DNA of 64,000 nt from NCBI GenBank assembly GCA_000708835.1, contig DF237132.1:1-64000 (forward strand), written 5' to 3'. Every line of letters starts with the position of its first letter. Positions within the stretch are counted from its first letter, which is position 1. Positions 13,201-25,387 of this stretch are shown in pieces. Source of the DNA: Klebsormidium nitens (taxonomy: Eukaryota > Plantae > Klebsormidiophyceae). The translations under genes and the position numbers were made by a program. The notes beneath the pieces are model-generated. The model did no database searches, had not been told where the DNA came from, and saw nothing but the letters and a program-made list of their open reading frames with translations.

Positions 13201-15881
13201 AAAGAAAAATAGGACGTGAGTCGTCGAGGAACCTTCCGAGAGACCAGCAGCACCGGAGCCTTAATGAGGGGTGCAACCGGCTCAATTGGAACAAAGGCGG
13301 CGATAAATGCTACCTTGGCCGAGATGTCTGCGGCGTTGTTTCTGAGGGCGAAGTGCTGCGTCAGTGCCGCTCTGGTAGCTCCGCTCGCAGTGCCAGCTGC
13401 GAAACAGGCAGTGATCACGTCAGGAAATGGCAGTCGTATTGAAGAAGCCTGATCAACTCAAAGGAATGGTCTTACACAAGCTCGCTTGGACGTCAGTAAT
13501 GGGGCTCTCACTTCGACGAACCGCGCCTTCAAATTCCTTTTATGATCGAAGGCGGTTTCGAGGAAGTGCAAAGGCGCCTTGTGAAGCGCTTCCTAGCGAG
13601 AAGACAGTGAACATGTCACTACCAAACGGACCATCGTTCTGGTACTGAAGTCGCTCCCTATCGCCGACTGGGACCAGAATAGAAATATTCAAATCACAAA
13701 TTGTGCCCTTTGTCCAAAGTCAGCAAAAGGAAGAAATTGGCCTGAAGTCGACACCAGAGAGTAGACCTGAGGACTTCGAAGAAATTGTTGGCACGAAGGT
13801 CTGCCTCCGGGCAACTCCAACCGGGGCATTGTTCACAACTCAAGTCGTTCTTCAGCGCAGCCACTTACTGACGGCTCGCAAAACGCTCCCCAGGCAGAGC
13901 ATCGTGAGGAAGGCGTTCGGGAAGAGGGGGGAGAGGAGGTCCAGCAACATGGCTGCCCTGCCGCAGACACATGCCAGCGAGCTGAGTCGTGCATCTCAGA
14001 TTCAAACATTAGTCGTGATCAAGCGTTGGCGACAAAGAGGATCGCAAAGTCGTCTAAGTCCATTCGATTACCGATTACAGAGTCTAGGAGACAGATTTCC
14101 CCAAGATGATGAAAAGGAGAAGTCAGTGCTGAAGTCAGCACTACTCCGATTTTCAGGGCTGCTGCCAAAGTTGTAACGAAGAACGTATGCTTGGATCTTT
14201 GCTGACACCACATGTGACGTTCTGGCCGTTCATACAGTATCAAAAACACACTGCACGATGTACACAAAGAGACAGAGGATATTTTTTATTTCAAGGAATA
14301 TGTGAAGAATCATCCGAAGAATCGTCTGCCAGTCCCCTCACCTAGATCATTGATGAAGTCGGCAGCTAGTCTCCACTGCTTTGCATTGCTGTCCAGACTG
14401 GACCCTTGATACAGGGTGAATAGAATGCCTGCAGGGGTTGGAGAAGGGTATCTCTTTCATCTGCTCTTCTAGACTCACAAGGACCTGCAGGCACGTGAAG
14501 CTGCTATAAAGGCTTTGTTCCAGCCTGGCTCCAACCTGGCTCCCGTTTGGATCCAAGGGGACAAACTCTTTGAAGCTTGTTCTCTGAGGTGACTAAGGGG
14601 ACAAACTCTTTGAAGCTTGTTCTCTGGTGTGACTAAGGAGAACTGGCACCTGCAACACCTACCTCCCAGCATGCCCGTAAAGTCCCGCAAGAACCACTGC
14701 ATGCAGAACAACTTAGATTGGTCAGGCGAAGCTGAGTACGTAGATCAGCAGAAGGAACCTACAGGCACTATCCAATCAACTCTAGAATTGGAATACCTCT
14801 CACGTCAGAGATTGGTGTGAAGAAAGACACCTCCTGCAACGAAGAGCTGGTCTCCCCAACGTACCGTGCACCTCTATATGGCCTGGTCAGAGGGTCCTTT
14901 ATGATGGTAGCTGCATCTCACTCTCACCGCTGCCATATTTGAAGTGGTCTCACCTGAAAAGTAGCCCCAGCAGCGGTCTTGGAAGCCTCCCCAACCCCGA
15001 AGCCAGCCAGAAGGACCTGGAGTAACAGGCAAGCACATAAAGGATCAAGCCATTTTCCAGGGAGCGCAGCAAGCAGGAGTCGACTTTCATTGATGACAGT
15101 CCGAGAGAGGCCAAGCAACTACGCGACAGGCTCATGGTTGATGATGTGACCGCCACTGGTTGCTCACCTGCGTCGAGATCATGCTTCGTATGTAGGTGGA
15201 CAGCCCCTGCAAAGTGTCCCACACCTGGAAGGAGACATAGTCTGGCGTGACACTGGACGGATACCCCTGGAAAATGAAACGACCACTTGTTAGGATTCAT
15301 CACAGAAGCTTCTCCAACAAGCGCATGCTAAAGGGCTTCAAAAAGTAGCAAGAGAAGCACAAGAGGAGCAGATCATTGTGTGGCTCCAACCGATGGAGTT
15401 GCTGGTGGGTTCTCTGGTGGTTATTCTCAAAAACATACCTCTGGCAGAAATGCTGAAGCAACCTTCTGCAGAGCCCCAATGCTGGCGCTTTGGCCCCTGG
15501 AAACAAGAAGGAGTAAAGTACAAATTCCTACCCAGGAACAAGATACCAGCAGCTGTGGAAGGTTGCTCAATTGCAGAGCGATGTGATATCATGTTGATCA
15601 CGCCAGCTATCAAATGAATCAGATTTCTGAAGTGAGTGCCCTGCCAGTCTGATGCATGCAAACTGGTCCATACAGAGGGGCGAACCACTAATCACAATCT
15701 AATGCAAAGGGTATCGTAATCAGTCTATATTGCATATTGGGTCGAAGACCCAACAGCTTGGACAGTGCTCGTAGAGCACACAATCTTACCTGGCAAAGAC
15801 CACCTCTTGCCCGCCCTTCTTCCATTGCCAAAGCGCTGTTGGGCTTCCAGCACCATGGCTTCGGTACTCTTCCACTTGCAT
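10217..15881 (-). CDS. RUS3: ROOT UVB SENSITIVE 3-like (DUF647/RUS family)
   Basis: Spliced exons read AFLPEGYPSSVTPDYVSFQVWDTLQGLSTY, GVGEASKTAAGATFQWFLRDFTGMLGGILFTLYQGSSLDSNAKQWRLAADFINDL, GTASGATRAALTQHFALRNNAADISAK, EGSQETLATITGMLLGM, ANFRAVRSLCL and terminal WATDKVLLAPREWRASW. Confidence 0.92.
14555..14640. repeat. Intronic tandem repeat, 40-bp unit x2
   Basis: aaggggacaaactctttgaagcttgttctctg...gact at 14555 and 14595, inside a RUS3 intron. Confidence 0.9.
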
Positions 15882-16485
15882 CTTCTTCACGAATAATCCG
15901 TGTAGACAAAAAACGTTTCTTTGCCAGCTCTGCTGCTGCAGCACGAAGTTGCAAAGCAATTCTTAACAGTCAATGAATTATTCGAGGACACCATGCAGAT
16001 TGCAATGCCGCCATTGGCATTTGCCTTGGTACCATTTGAACATGGAAAAAGCTGGTGTCTGGTAATAAACTTTGTTTGACGGGGATATAAGACCACTTTT
16101 TTATCGTCCTGATTAGGAACCGCTAGCTCACCCCAAGAACCGGCACCCAGTCGTCAAGCGACGACAGGTTTCAACTGCATCCCGCGTCGTGAGAGCCGTC
16201 AAAGCGTCACGGCACTCGGTCAGTGTATAAGCGCCTGTTTTTAATGGTTCTTTACAAACCCTTGCACGAAGCACTGTGGCAGTGCAATTGACGGCAGGCA
16301 ACTCATGCTTGCACCCTGCCCGCATTCTGCCATTTCATAGCAAGCATGCAGAAAGGGTTGGCGTGAAGCAGCAGCTGACATGGCAGGGCCACTACGCTCC
16401 ACTGCAAGGGAATGCTTTTCTGACCGCCCTTTGAGGATGCTTGAAGTAGGATACCACAGCGACTCGTTTGCCTAAGAAGGAAGCT

Positions 16486-19400
16486 ATGGCGAGAGGTAAG
16501 CTTGAGGAAAACTCTGACCTCCAGCTCAAAGTTTGTTTCTTGTCTTGTGCAGCCACACAGCATTGCAAACCTGAGTACGGCTCTCTGGAATGGTTCCCAA
16601 CACAAGTTTGGAGGAGGCCTTGTGCTTGAGCACAAAAAGTAACTTGATTGAGCGGCTGGCTTGTGTTTCCATCATTGGCATGTTGGCCACAGGCACCTGA
16701 AAAGCCCACCACCCAACCATTAAGTGCACCACGGACTTGAGGGTCCCTGAGGCTTGCGACTGCCTGGGTGCAAGCAGATTGATCTTCCAAAGCTTCTTGT
16801 TTGCAGAACTGCCAGGCTTCTACTTTGACACCGAGAAGAACCGCTACTTTCCAGTTCCCAGAAATGGAGCAGCTGCCGGCAGAGGCATTCCTGCAGATGG
16901 AAAGAGGCCGCAGGTCCGCGCATGCCCCTTTCACATGGACACTTCATGATCATGCAAGTTCATATATGTGCTGAGGTTCCTTGTCTTTGAGTCAGCTTGT
17001 CAGAGCAGTTGTCAGCCGGGAGTTCAGCAGATGGATTGTATCTCAAAGCTTTCTTATTTGTTGATCTGCATGTTCGAAGGATGATGTAGAGATACGGCGA
17101 AGGTAGCTCCTCCTTTTGATCACAGGTGGAGGTGAGCTATCGTCCCAATTGAGAGATGTTTGACTGGCAGGCGAGGCTCCTTGTAGGGGCACTAATCTGA
17201 GCCCTTGGTGTGCATACAAGCAGGAAGGAGGCAGGCGATCTAATGCTATCAAACTTTCAATCCAGGTCACACCAGAGTCTGACAGGGACGGTGGGCCCTC
17301 TCGAGAAGTAAAGCCCACTCTGCCGCCATCACAGTTCAGCCTCCTGCAAAGACGAGAGCGGTCCGGTGCATTCGTGTATGGCAGAGACGCCCCTCATGGA
17401 CGGCGCTTCACTTCTGCCAGCTGGGAGGCTGGATTTCGAGATTACACGGTGAGCTGCCAAAGTAACCTTCAGTTCGTAAGTACAACAGTACGCATGACTT
17501 TGATGGAACGAGGTCATTGCGAAAATCATAGCTATTGAGTATCAGTTGCTGACTAGAGATTTGCAAAGCTCTTTTCATAACCCAAACCTCGATGGTCTTC
17601 CAAGTCTAAGCAATGAAGGGTTTTCTGGCAGGGCCAGTCGTGTCAGGAGGGAGTCGAAGAGCTGATACTCTTGTTCATGAATGGAATTCATGATCGAGGA
17701 AGAAATGCCAACACGACTGACAAATACTCGTGATACTGCTCGACTGCAAACGACCGTTTCTGTGGAAAGTTCAATGGAGTTGCGGCCCATCCCGGTTTCA
17801 ATGCTGTTCAAATTCAATTTGTTGCAGGTCTGGGGCTTTGGCAACGACCCACATTTTGGCGCATCGGCTGATTCGAGTCTCCATGGTGCCGGCCCGTTCC
17901 TCCAAGTGTCCCACGGTTCCAGAACGATTTTCTTGGCAGGCGACGAGCATGGACTGAACGCACTGGAGCCGCGTGGTGCGTCTGAGGACCCGCTTTCGAT
18001 CCACGGTGTCAAACTTCTCGACAGCAGGCCCGGTGCCTTCCTCGAGGAATCTGAGAATAGTTCAGAAACGACAGCGATAGATAGTGGAGCGACTGGAAGG
18101 GAAGATAACACGACTTCGAGGCAGGAGGAGGAGAGCGACTCTGAAGGCAGCTCTTCAGATGATGACCTCGATCGGAAGCGGGGATTCTACTTCCGGGGCA
18201 GGAGACGAAAGCCCTGGTTCCAGAGGAAACGGAAACGGAAAACTCGGGGCGTGTGGCGTGACACCGGACAGGGTTTGCAGCGCATCGACGTACTGCTTCC
18301 TAAAGTGGAGGGGCGTGCGGAAAGAGAGGGGCGGGGGGCGCGAGGGGAGAGTTCGACGCAAGCTGGAAGAAAGGAGAGATGCCCGGTGGATTTGGCCTTG
18401 CTCAGTAGCCTCCCCCTCCAGTCACGGGTCACGGCACTCCGGTCCGCAGGCAGGGCCGAGGAGTGGGGCGGGGATCAGCGGTTCATGTGTCCTCTTCCGC
18501 AGCCATGTTTCCTGTTTAAGGCATGGTTTGGTCGAGGGGCTTTTGTGACGACTCGTGTCCCCTTCCTTACCTGCCGAGGCCTTTGACTTGGTTCAAAATT
18601 TTACTTTTCGCTGACCGCAGGTCCAATGTCACAATTAGGTAGTTGTTCCTTTTTTGTTACATCCGAAGGCAGTCGCTCTCTTCTGGTTCTTTGCTTCTTG
18701 GATCCCTCGACTTTTACTTGTGGCATATTGATGCCCAATTGGGCTTCTTGAATCACGTGCAAGCTTACGCTTATTCTCGCATCAATTTCCTAGATTCTGT
18801 TCAACCTTCCAGAAGTATGATGATGCTACTTCCACAGGACTAGCGCGCCATTACTGGTTTTCTGCTGGCCTTTTGGAGTTATGGGGTTTTGCAGCTCAAA
18901 CCTTCTTTCCTTGACGCGCCCTACTCAGCGCCACCACACTGGGGTCCAACACGACGGCCGGCAGCTTCCTGCTGCTGCACAGTCGGGAGGGCGACACGTG
19001 GACGGAGCCGGACGTGGTGCGCCGGCACTACTTCGACAAGGAGAGCATCTGGACCGGGGACATTAGCAGCAACGGGCGGCAGGCCGTCATAGGTGAGCTC
19101 GAGCGTGGTTTCTCTTGCAAAGTCTCTAGTAGATGCTGTAGCTTATACACAGAGGAAAGATCAAGTCGTGTCGCGGAGGAAACGCAGTCGACCTTTCCGA
19201 AGTCGACGGCGAACGCTGAGCGGCCCGCAGAGTCGCTCGCATGTGAGCGGCAGAGAAAGGAGCTCGATGCAGGACGCAGGCAGGGCTAACCGCGTGGCGG
19301 TTGCTTTGATTGGTTCGTCCATAGCGGTCTTATAGGCGATGGAGCACCACAGCAACGCAGTTGCGCAAATCTTGCCAATGGAAGCGCGATAAAGGAGGAC

Positions 19401-21357
19401 GGTAAACTTGCTGCTGGATTTTGTCCTTCTTTTCAAGAGTTGTCGCGAGTAATCTCCGTGTAGTTGCGTGGTGTCTTTTGACCATCATTGTATTTGGAAG
19501 ATTGAGTTGTCCATCTTCAACCTTGAGGGTCGGCAATGTTTTAAAACAGGCGACCGTCGAACTCTGCAGGCGCATCCACCTTGGGCTTCCGCATCCAGTT
19601 GGAGACATGGGCGATTCGCCCCCTCGCCCCCTCGAACGGCAGTGCAACCTTAGCGCAGCAGTTCGACAGCACGGTAACTTTCATTGGCCTCTTTCGACGC
19701 TTCAAAAGGTCCTGCTTCTTCCCTTGCTAGGATGCAACTGTCTTCCCTCGGACAGAAGGCATGTTCGATATGAACGTCGTTTGCATCCCAGTCGTTCGGA
19801 GCTAACGAAGGCATAACTCCTTTCAATCCTCGATGCCCTCGACCTTCTTAGAGTCTCGTATGTCGTGCCCTCGACTGCGACGCTCCTGCTGCTCCTTTTC
19901 CCGCCCTTTGCAACGCCATGTTCTCGCGGCACACGTTCGTCAATTTCCGAGCTTAAGCTGGAAGGCCCGCTTAGATTGCCGGTACGTCGAAGTCATTAAA
20001 GACGTGACAGTCAGGTTCGAAGCTTCAGGTGCTCAGCATTTCTGTTCCCATTCCGTCCGAGGCCGACCGTCTTTGAGAATCCCTCTTTCCTTTCCGGGGC
20101 CGACCGTCGTTGAGAATCCGTCTTTTGCTTCAGGAGCCGACCGTCTTTGAGTATCCGTCTCCCGCTTTCCTGCAGGGAAACCTGGTCCTGTCCGGCTTCC
20201 GCAACGGTGCCATCTCCACCGTCGATCTCCGCCCCAGCTCCGCCCTCTCGACGGCTCCTCAAAACCGCAGCGGGGGGTCAAAGTCGCCAGCCACGGCAGC
20301 CCCCTGCAGATGCGCTCCTCCGTGTGCGACCTGCGGCTGCTTCGCACGGACGAAAACTTTCTGCTCGCGAGCGCAATGGACGGGAGCCTCGTGCAGTGGG
20401 ACCGCCGTGCGGCACGGCGCCCGGTACGGACCTTCCCCGGACACCGGAACAGTCACACAATGCTTAAGATGGCGGTCGACCCGGGCGAGAGGGCCGTCAT
20501 GTCAGGTGAGCGGTCCAGCCGTTTTACTTCCCAAAGTTTGCAAACGGCACCAGGGGCTTCGGTCAATCTCGTGGACCATGATGGCAAGTGCAGCACAAGC
20601 GGGTCGCCGCTTGAAGCGGCTTGGACGCGTGAAGGATGGTCAAAGAGCTTTGAGAGGCTGTCTTTGCCTGAGGCGAGTCACGCCAGTCCACGCATCTGCA
20701 GGAGTACTTCTATGTCGTTTTTGTATGTCTTTCGTCCGGGTAAAGGAGGAGGAAAGCTTGATTTGAAACCAGATGTACTGCTTTCCTTCGAGCTTTGTGC
20801 TTAAAGCTTGCTCGTGCAAGTTCTTGTGCTTATCTCTTCTGTGACATCCAGCGGTTGAAGAGACGGTTTGTATACAAAGGGAATCACGCTTTGATGGGCC
20901 AGGTTATAAGCGTAAACACCTTGAAGGGATTTCTCTTGCCACTGACGCTGCGATGGCAATGCAGTACATCGGCCTCAATGCACTTCCTCGATAAAACCTT
21001 TTCGCTCGGAAAAGGCTAACGTCAAGTTGGGAAAAGAGGCGCTCATAAATCTGGTCCTGTCAACACACTTGCGCAGCCAGTGCATTTAGTCTTTTTCTGA
21101 ATGCAGGGGGCGAAGATCGTATGGTGAGGCTATGGAGCCTGTCAAGCGGAGGACTCCTTCAGCACATGGGTCCTTTCGAAACCCCCGTCACTTACCTGGA
21201 TTGGCTCCCTTCTGATAGTGCTCTCAAACTGGGAACGACATGCACATCAAACGAACAGTTTCCAGACCTCCTGTCCTGGAGTGTATGGATGGGCGCGCAA
21301 GGCTCATCGACTGGCCCCATGCTCGCCACGCAGTTCTGTGATTTCAAAACCAACTGA
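16486..21357 (+). CDS. DCAF4: DDB1- and CUL4-associated factor 4-like WD40 protein
   Basis: Micro-exon ATGGCGAGAG (16486-16495) splices to ELPGFYFDTEKNRYFP, the DCAF4 N-terminal motif. Later WD40 exons: SIWTGDISSNGRQAVIG, QQFDSTGNLVLSGFRNGAISTVDLR, LLASAMDGSLVQWDRR, GGEDRMVRLWSL. Internal exon boundaries only partly resolved. Confidence 0.82.
20061..20160. repeat. Intronic minisatellite, 37-bp period x3, next to a 3' splice site
   Basis: gccgaccgtc(t/g)ttgag(a/t)atcc at 20062, 20099 and 20136, just upstream of the acceptor at ~20173. Confidence 0.85.
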
Positions 21358-22624
21358 TGGTAATTCACCAAGCCGTTCTGGTGAAAGCGTCGTTTTGGAG
21401 CAGGCTTGCGTTCTTTACTACCCTGGTCGCCGTCGTCGTTCTATAGAGACTTTTTGGTTTCATGTCGGAACGTAGTCTGAACAGCCTGACACAGTGCCAG
21501 GCGAACAATGAACGTCAATGAACGCGTTCTAAACGTTCGTCATCACGCAGTCTAATGCGGTTGAGCACAAGATACGGTCCAACATACTGCTAGCGTGGCC
21601 CCCGATGAGCAGAAACGACCAGTGTGCAACTACAAAAAGTGTGGGATGCGAGCATGGACTTTTGTAGATCTATCTCGAGAGTGCTCGCGTCTAGAGGTAG
21701 AGCTTGTAAGGGAAGGTCTTGTCGAGCCGCGCCCATGAATCTCCATGCTTTCTTGGGCGTCCACTGTCAGAGTCGTTTTCTTTATATGCATGACCACTGT
21801 CACGTATTAAAAGTCGAAATTAGGACCATATCCGCGCGTCCAAAGTGATCGTGGTGCACAGGTATATATGGATAAAGCTTGTTCACACGGTTGAGGTGCA
21901 AGCCATGCTTAATTCAGTTGAGAATTCGTTCAATATTCCCTATATGTGCTTGGCATGTATAATAAAAGAGAGTACGTCGCGGCGCTGGACGTACATCAAA
22001 CCGATAAGTTTAATCGTACCTAGTCAGCGCGTCGTTGCCTTGAGTCTTGACATCGACATCTCGCAGACAAGTAGTTTGCTAGGTCGCATGTAAGCAACTT
22101 CTGATATTATTCTACACATAGCCTACTTGGAGAGCCAGAAGTGCTCAGCTACTGTATTTCTTTTTACAATGCGACGTAGCATGTGCTCATGTGCTGTTTA
22201 TATTCCTGTCCCGCCCGCATATTTTGCCAGCAGGAGCTTTTCATCGGACGGACGCAAAAGCCCCGTTGAACTTCCATCGGACGGTTTTGAACCCGGTATT
22301 GGCAAACACTTTGTATGTCCTTTTTGGGTTTTGTCAATGGCGTCCGCCAGGTTACGACAATGGCGGCCTGCAATAGCCTTCTCCTTGCGGCGCCGGCCGC
22401 TGTCACCTGCAAGGCCTCGTCTAGACTGTCTCGGGTGTGCTCTAGTATCCTAGGTATCCGGAACAGAGAGAGGTCTCTGAAGTTCTGGTGTCGTGCGACT
22501 AAAAGCCGCAAAAAGTGCACACCTTGGGTTAGCTCAATGCTTAGTGGGTTGAGCAGGATCCGGGCAAGTGGATAACTGGCATGGGACTCCCTCGAGGGGA
22601 CAGTGGAACTGGAAGGCTAGATAG

Positions 22625-22733
22625 GTACCTGAGACTTCCTGAGTACTTACTAGGTACTTACCTACCTGTCTTGTACCGGTACGTTACGTAGGTGCTACGG
22701 AACCTTGTACACTGTACAATGCAAAGACTGTAC
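22625..22733. promoter_or_regulatory. Dense GTAC cluster (possible SBP/SPL-type binding-site array)
   Basis: Eight GTAC tetramers in 109 bp (22625, 22643, 22654, 22673, 22679, 22707, 22714, 22730). The count is direct; the regulatory role is inference. Confidence 0.3.
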
Positions 22734-24390
22734 CTAGTATGTCCTCCACGCCTGACAGAGGTCTAACTCTTCCACGTGGACTTGCACGTGAAATCGTGTC
22801 AGGAATCCTTGCCGGCGACAGGGCCGATAAGAGCATGTGCGTAATTCAGCCGTTCGATGGTGAACAGAAGTGAACAGATTCCATCTTCGATCAAAGTTCA
22901 GCACTGCCGTACGTCGCCCGTACGACGCGGTTTGTCAGACTCTGACATCACCATCGGTTGCGATACCCTCACGTCATGAATTTGGGATTCTGCCGCAGCT
23001 GGTTTGCTTCTGCGACTTCCCCAACGTCCCCTGGTCGGCGTTTGGCGCACCGGCCTTTGTTGGGGGCAGCTCCAAAGCAATAAGTGTATGATCTTCTGTA
23101 GTCTTCTGACTCGGAAATGTATGGCACTGTTCGAATGAATGCTGCCGGGAGAGAGTGCCCCAGGGAGTACGACCCCGGGCAGGGCCCCAAACTTCAAAGC
23201 GTCGCGTAGAAAAAGGCTGATCATGCTTGTCAGCCTGTCAGGAATTCTGCTCAGCAGCTGTAAGGCTTACATAATCGCCTAGGTACGGTAGTAGGTACAA
23301 AGCTTCTGTCACGAAAGCGCGGGCACTTTGCGCGTCATGGACAAGGGGTGAAAGAGCTAGCCTCCAGGAGGAGCCTTATCTTGTGATGCTACGTCGCCAT
23401 TGGTTGTCGAGCTGAAAGTGAGCGCGCAAGCCTTCGTAAACGATCCGTTCGTTCCACATCCTGAGAACTGTTGATTCTTCGAAGGCGGAAGAAAACTTTG
23501 AAAAGCTGGGTGGCTTGTCGCTTTTCAGGTCGCGGCATGCAGAGTCGTCCTTCCTCCGTATCATTCATATCTGAAATGGGGCGTTGTACGTACACGCGGT
23601 GAAAACCCTGAGATCGTCAGCAGCACACGCCTTTGAAGAAGTTTCACTCACGAAGCAGGATCCTTGGATACCCTGCCTAGCCAGCGCCATTTCTTCGTAC
23701 GTTATATCTGTCGTCTTCTCCTGATTCCATGGGTGTTCAAATCAGACAAATCTAGCTTGAGAGGTGAAGCATCGTGCCTGCAATCAGCTCAACAAAGCCC
23801 GATTTTGAGAGTCTCTGTCAGATTCTTGAAAGCGAGATATATTTGCGATAATCAGGTTGAGTTTGCAGAGTAGCGCAGTCAAGTCTCACTTACAAGGAAA
23901 AGGGAAGGAAAGAACCAATCATGTGCCGGGGTGCGCCCACCCTTGGTCCGCTGCGTGGTTCTAGACTGGGGGCGGAGCCGCTGGTCTCTTCGGCCCTGGA
24001 CGCTTTTGCGGTGAGAACCCCAATGCAACAGACCTTTCCTTGATATGATATTCATACGAAGAGTAGAAGCTCATGCCTGTGTTGAAACAGTTAGTGGCTT
24101 CCATCTGCAATCTTGCCAACACAGCAGACTGGGGATATGGAATGTAACACAATGAGCCTTACTGTCTTTTGACCACTTGTCAGACCTTGGTCTCTGTCAG
24201 CAAATGGTCCTTCTGTTGAAGAGGTGCAAGTCGTGTTCCCAGTCCTAGCAAGGGTACCTGCTCATGGTGATAGACAAGACTTTTGGGATCTTTTGCAACC
24301 CTTCAACACATTGCAAAGGGACTGAAAGCACCTCTTGCATTACTCCCTCTGCAGCCCCTCCAGCCTATCCACGCCCACCCGTTCCTCCAG

Positions 24391-24733
24391 CACCCCTCTG
24401 AGGCCTCTGCGATCGAGGATGCTCTGGCCAGGGCGCAGGCAGAAGCTGCCATGTGGCGCGCCAGCTTCGAGAAGGCGCAGAAGGCGGCTCAAGAGACCAA
24501 TGAGCGCTACAGCGAGCTTGTCCACGGAGTCACCAGAGCTGAAAGCGTGAAGCCAACCAGTATACTGACTGCGCTTCCAGGAGCATTCTCCCATGCTCCC
24601 CAGTCTTTCACTGGCCCAAAGGAAGAAGGGGGGACCGTCACGTCCTGGCAGAGCAGGAGGTCAGAAGACCCCTGGATGTCAATGGGGGAGATGCGGGACC
24701 AGCCTCAGAGCAGCACCAACAAACAGGACCAAG
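24391..24733 (+). CDS. Exon-like coiled-coil coding segment of an unresolved gene
   Basis: Bounded by ctccag| and |gtgagc; open frame SEASAIEDALARAQAEAAMWRASFEKAQKAAQETNERYSEL. Neighbouring exons not established. Confidence 0.4.
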
Positions 24734-25387
24734 GTGAGCAGTCATTCCCTGTCTCTGGAGGTGTTACATCCAGTGAATTACCTTTTAGAGTGTGTGATAT
24801 ACCTCAAATTTTCCACATACAGACATTGTCAATGGCAGGCAAGGCTGATGTACCCCATGCTTAGAGATGATTCTAGCTGAGATCAACCAAGTGATGGACT
24901 TCCGACCCCTTGTGTCTCTGCCTGCCCAAGCTGCTATCGTTACACTTCTGTATTAATTGCATTGGCTTTTACCCCCTCTGCAAGCTCTTGGGACTTACAT
25001 GTTTCTTGCCCCTCGGCGAACATCCCCTGCTTTTCCAGTGCTAAGTCTGCATCTCCTGAATGAAGGGTAACAGCTACTCTTGGCACATCTGCTGGCTTGC
25101 ATTGTCTTTGACCTCCAAAACGCTCTCTTGGAAGTGGACTTTTCTTCCCACTTAAGCAGTACTGCTAGCTTTCCCCTCCTTCCCTCAAAGTTCCATCCCT
25201 CCCCCCTCCTTCAGCCCCAGTTTCATCCTCCTCTCTCTCTCCTCTTACTCGTATGCCCCCCTTTTCTCATGCTACAGTGTTACCCCCTCCTCTTCTTTGG
25301 CCTCAGTCTCACCCCCCTTTGTTCTGCCTTGATCTTTACCCCCCCCCCCCTTTCTCCTGCTGCAGCGGCCCCCCCACCCCCTCCGAG

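Noticed and set aside
20110-20173. Apparent coding extension EPTVFEYPSPAFLQ in DCAF4
   Set aside because: The upstream exon ending QQFDST joins cleanly to GNLVLSG at ~20174, so this stretch is the intronic 37-bp repeat.
22520-22580. gggttagctcaatg resembling a tRNA A-box or tRNA-derived SINE head
   Set aside because: No B-box (GTTCRA) and no cloverleaf can be folded.
22898-23224. Minus-strand ORFs with YSLGHSL and GRWGS, faintly like DIRS tyrosine recombinase motifs
   Set aside because: The motifs are in different frames, the HSLRxG and catalytic Tyr context is missing, and there is no RT/RNase H or terminal repeat nearby.
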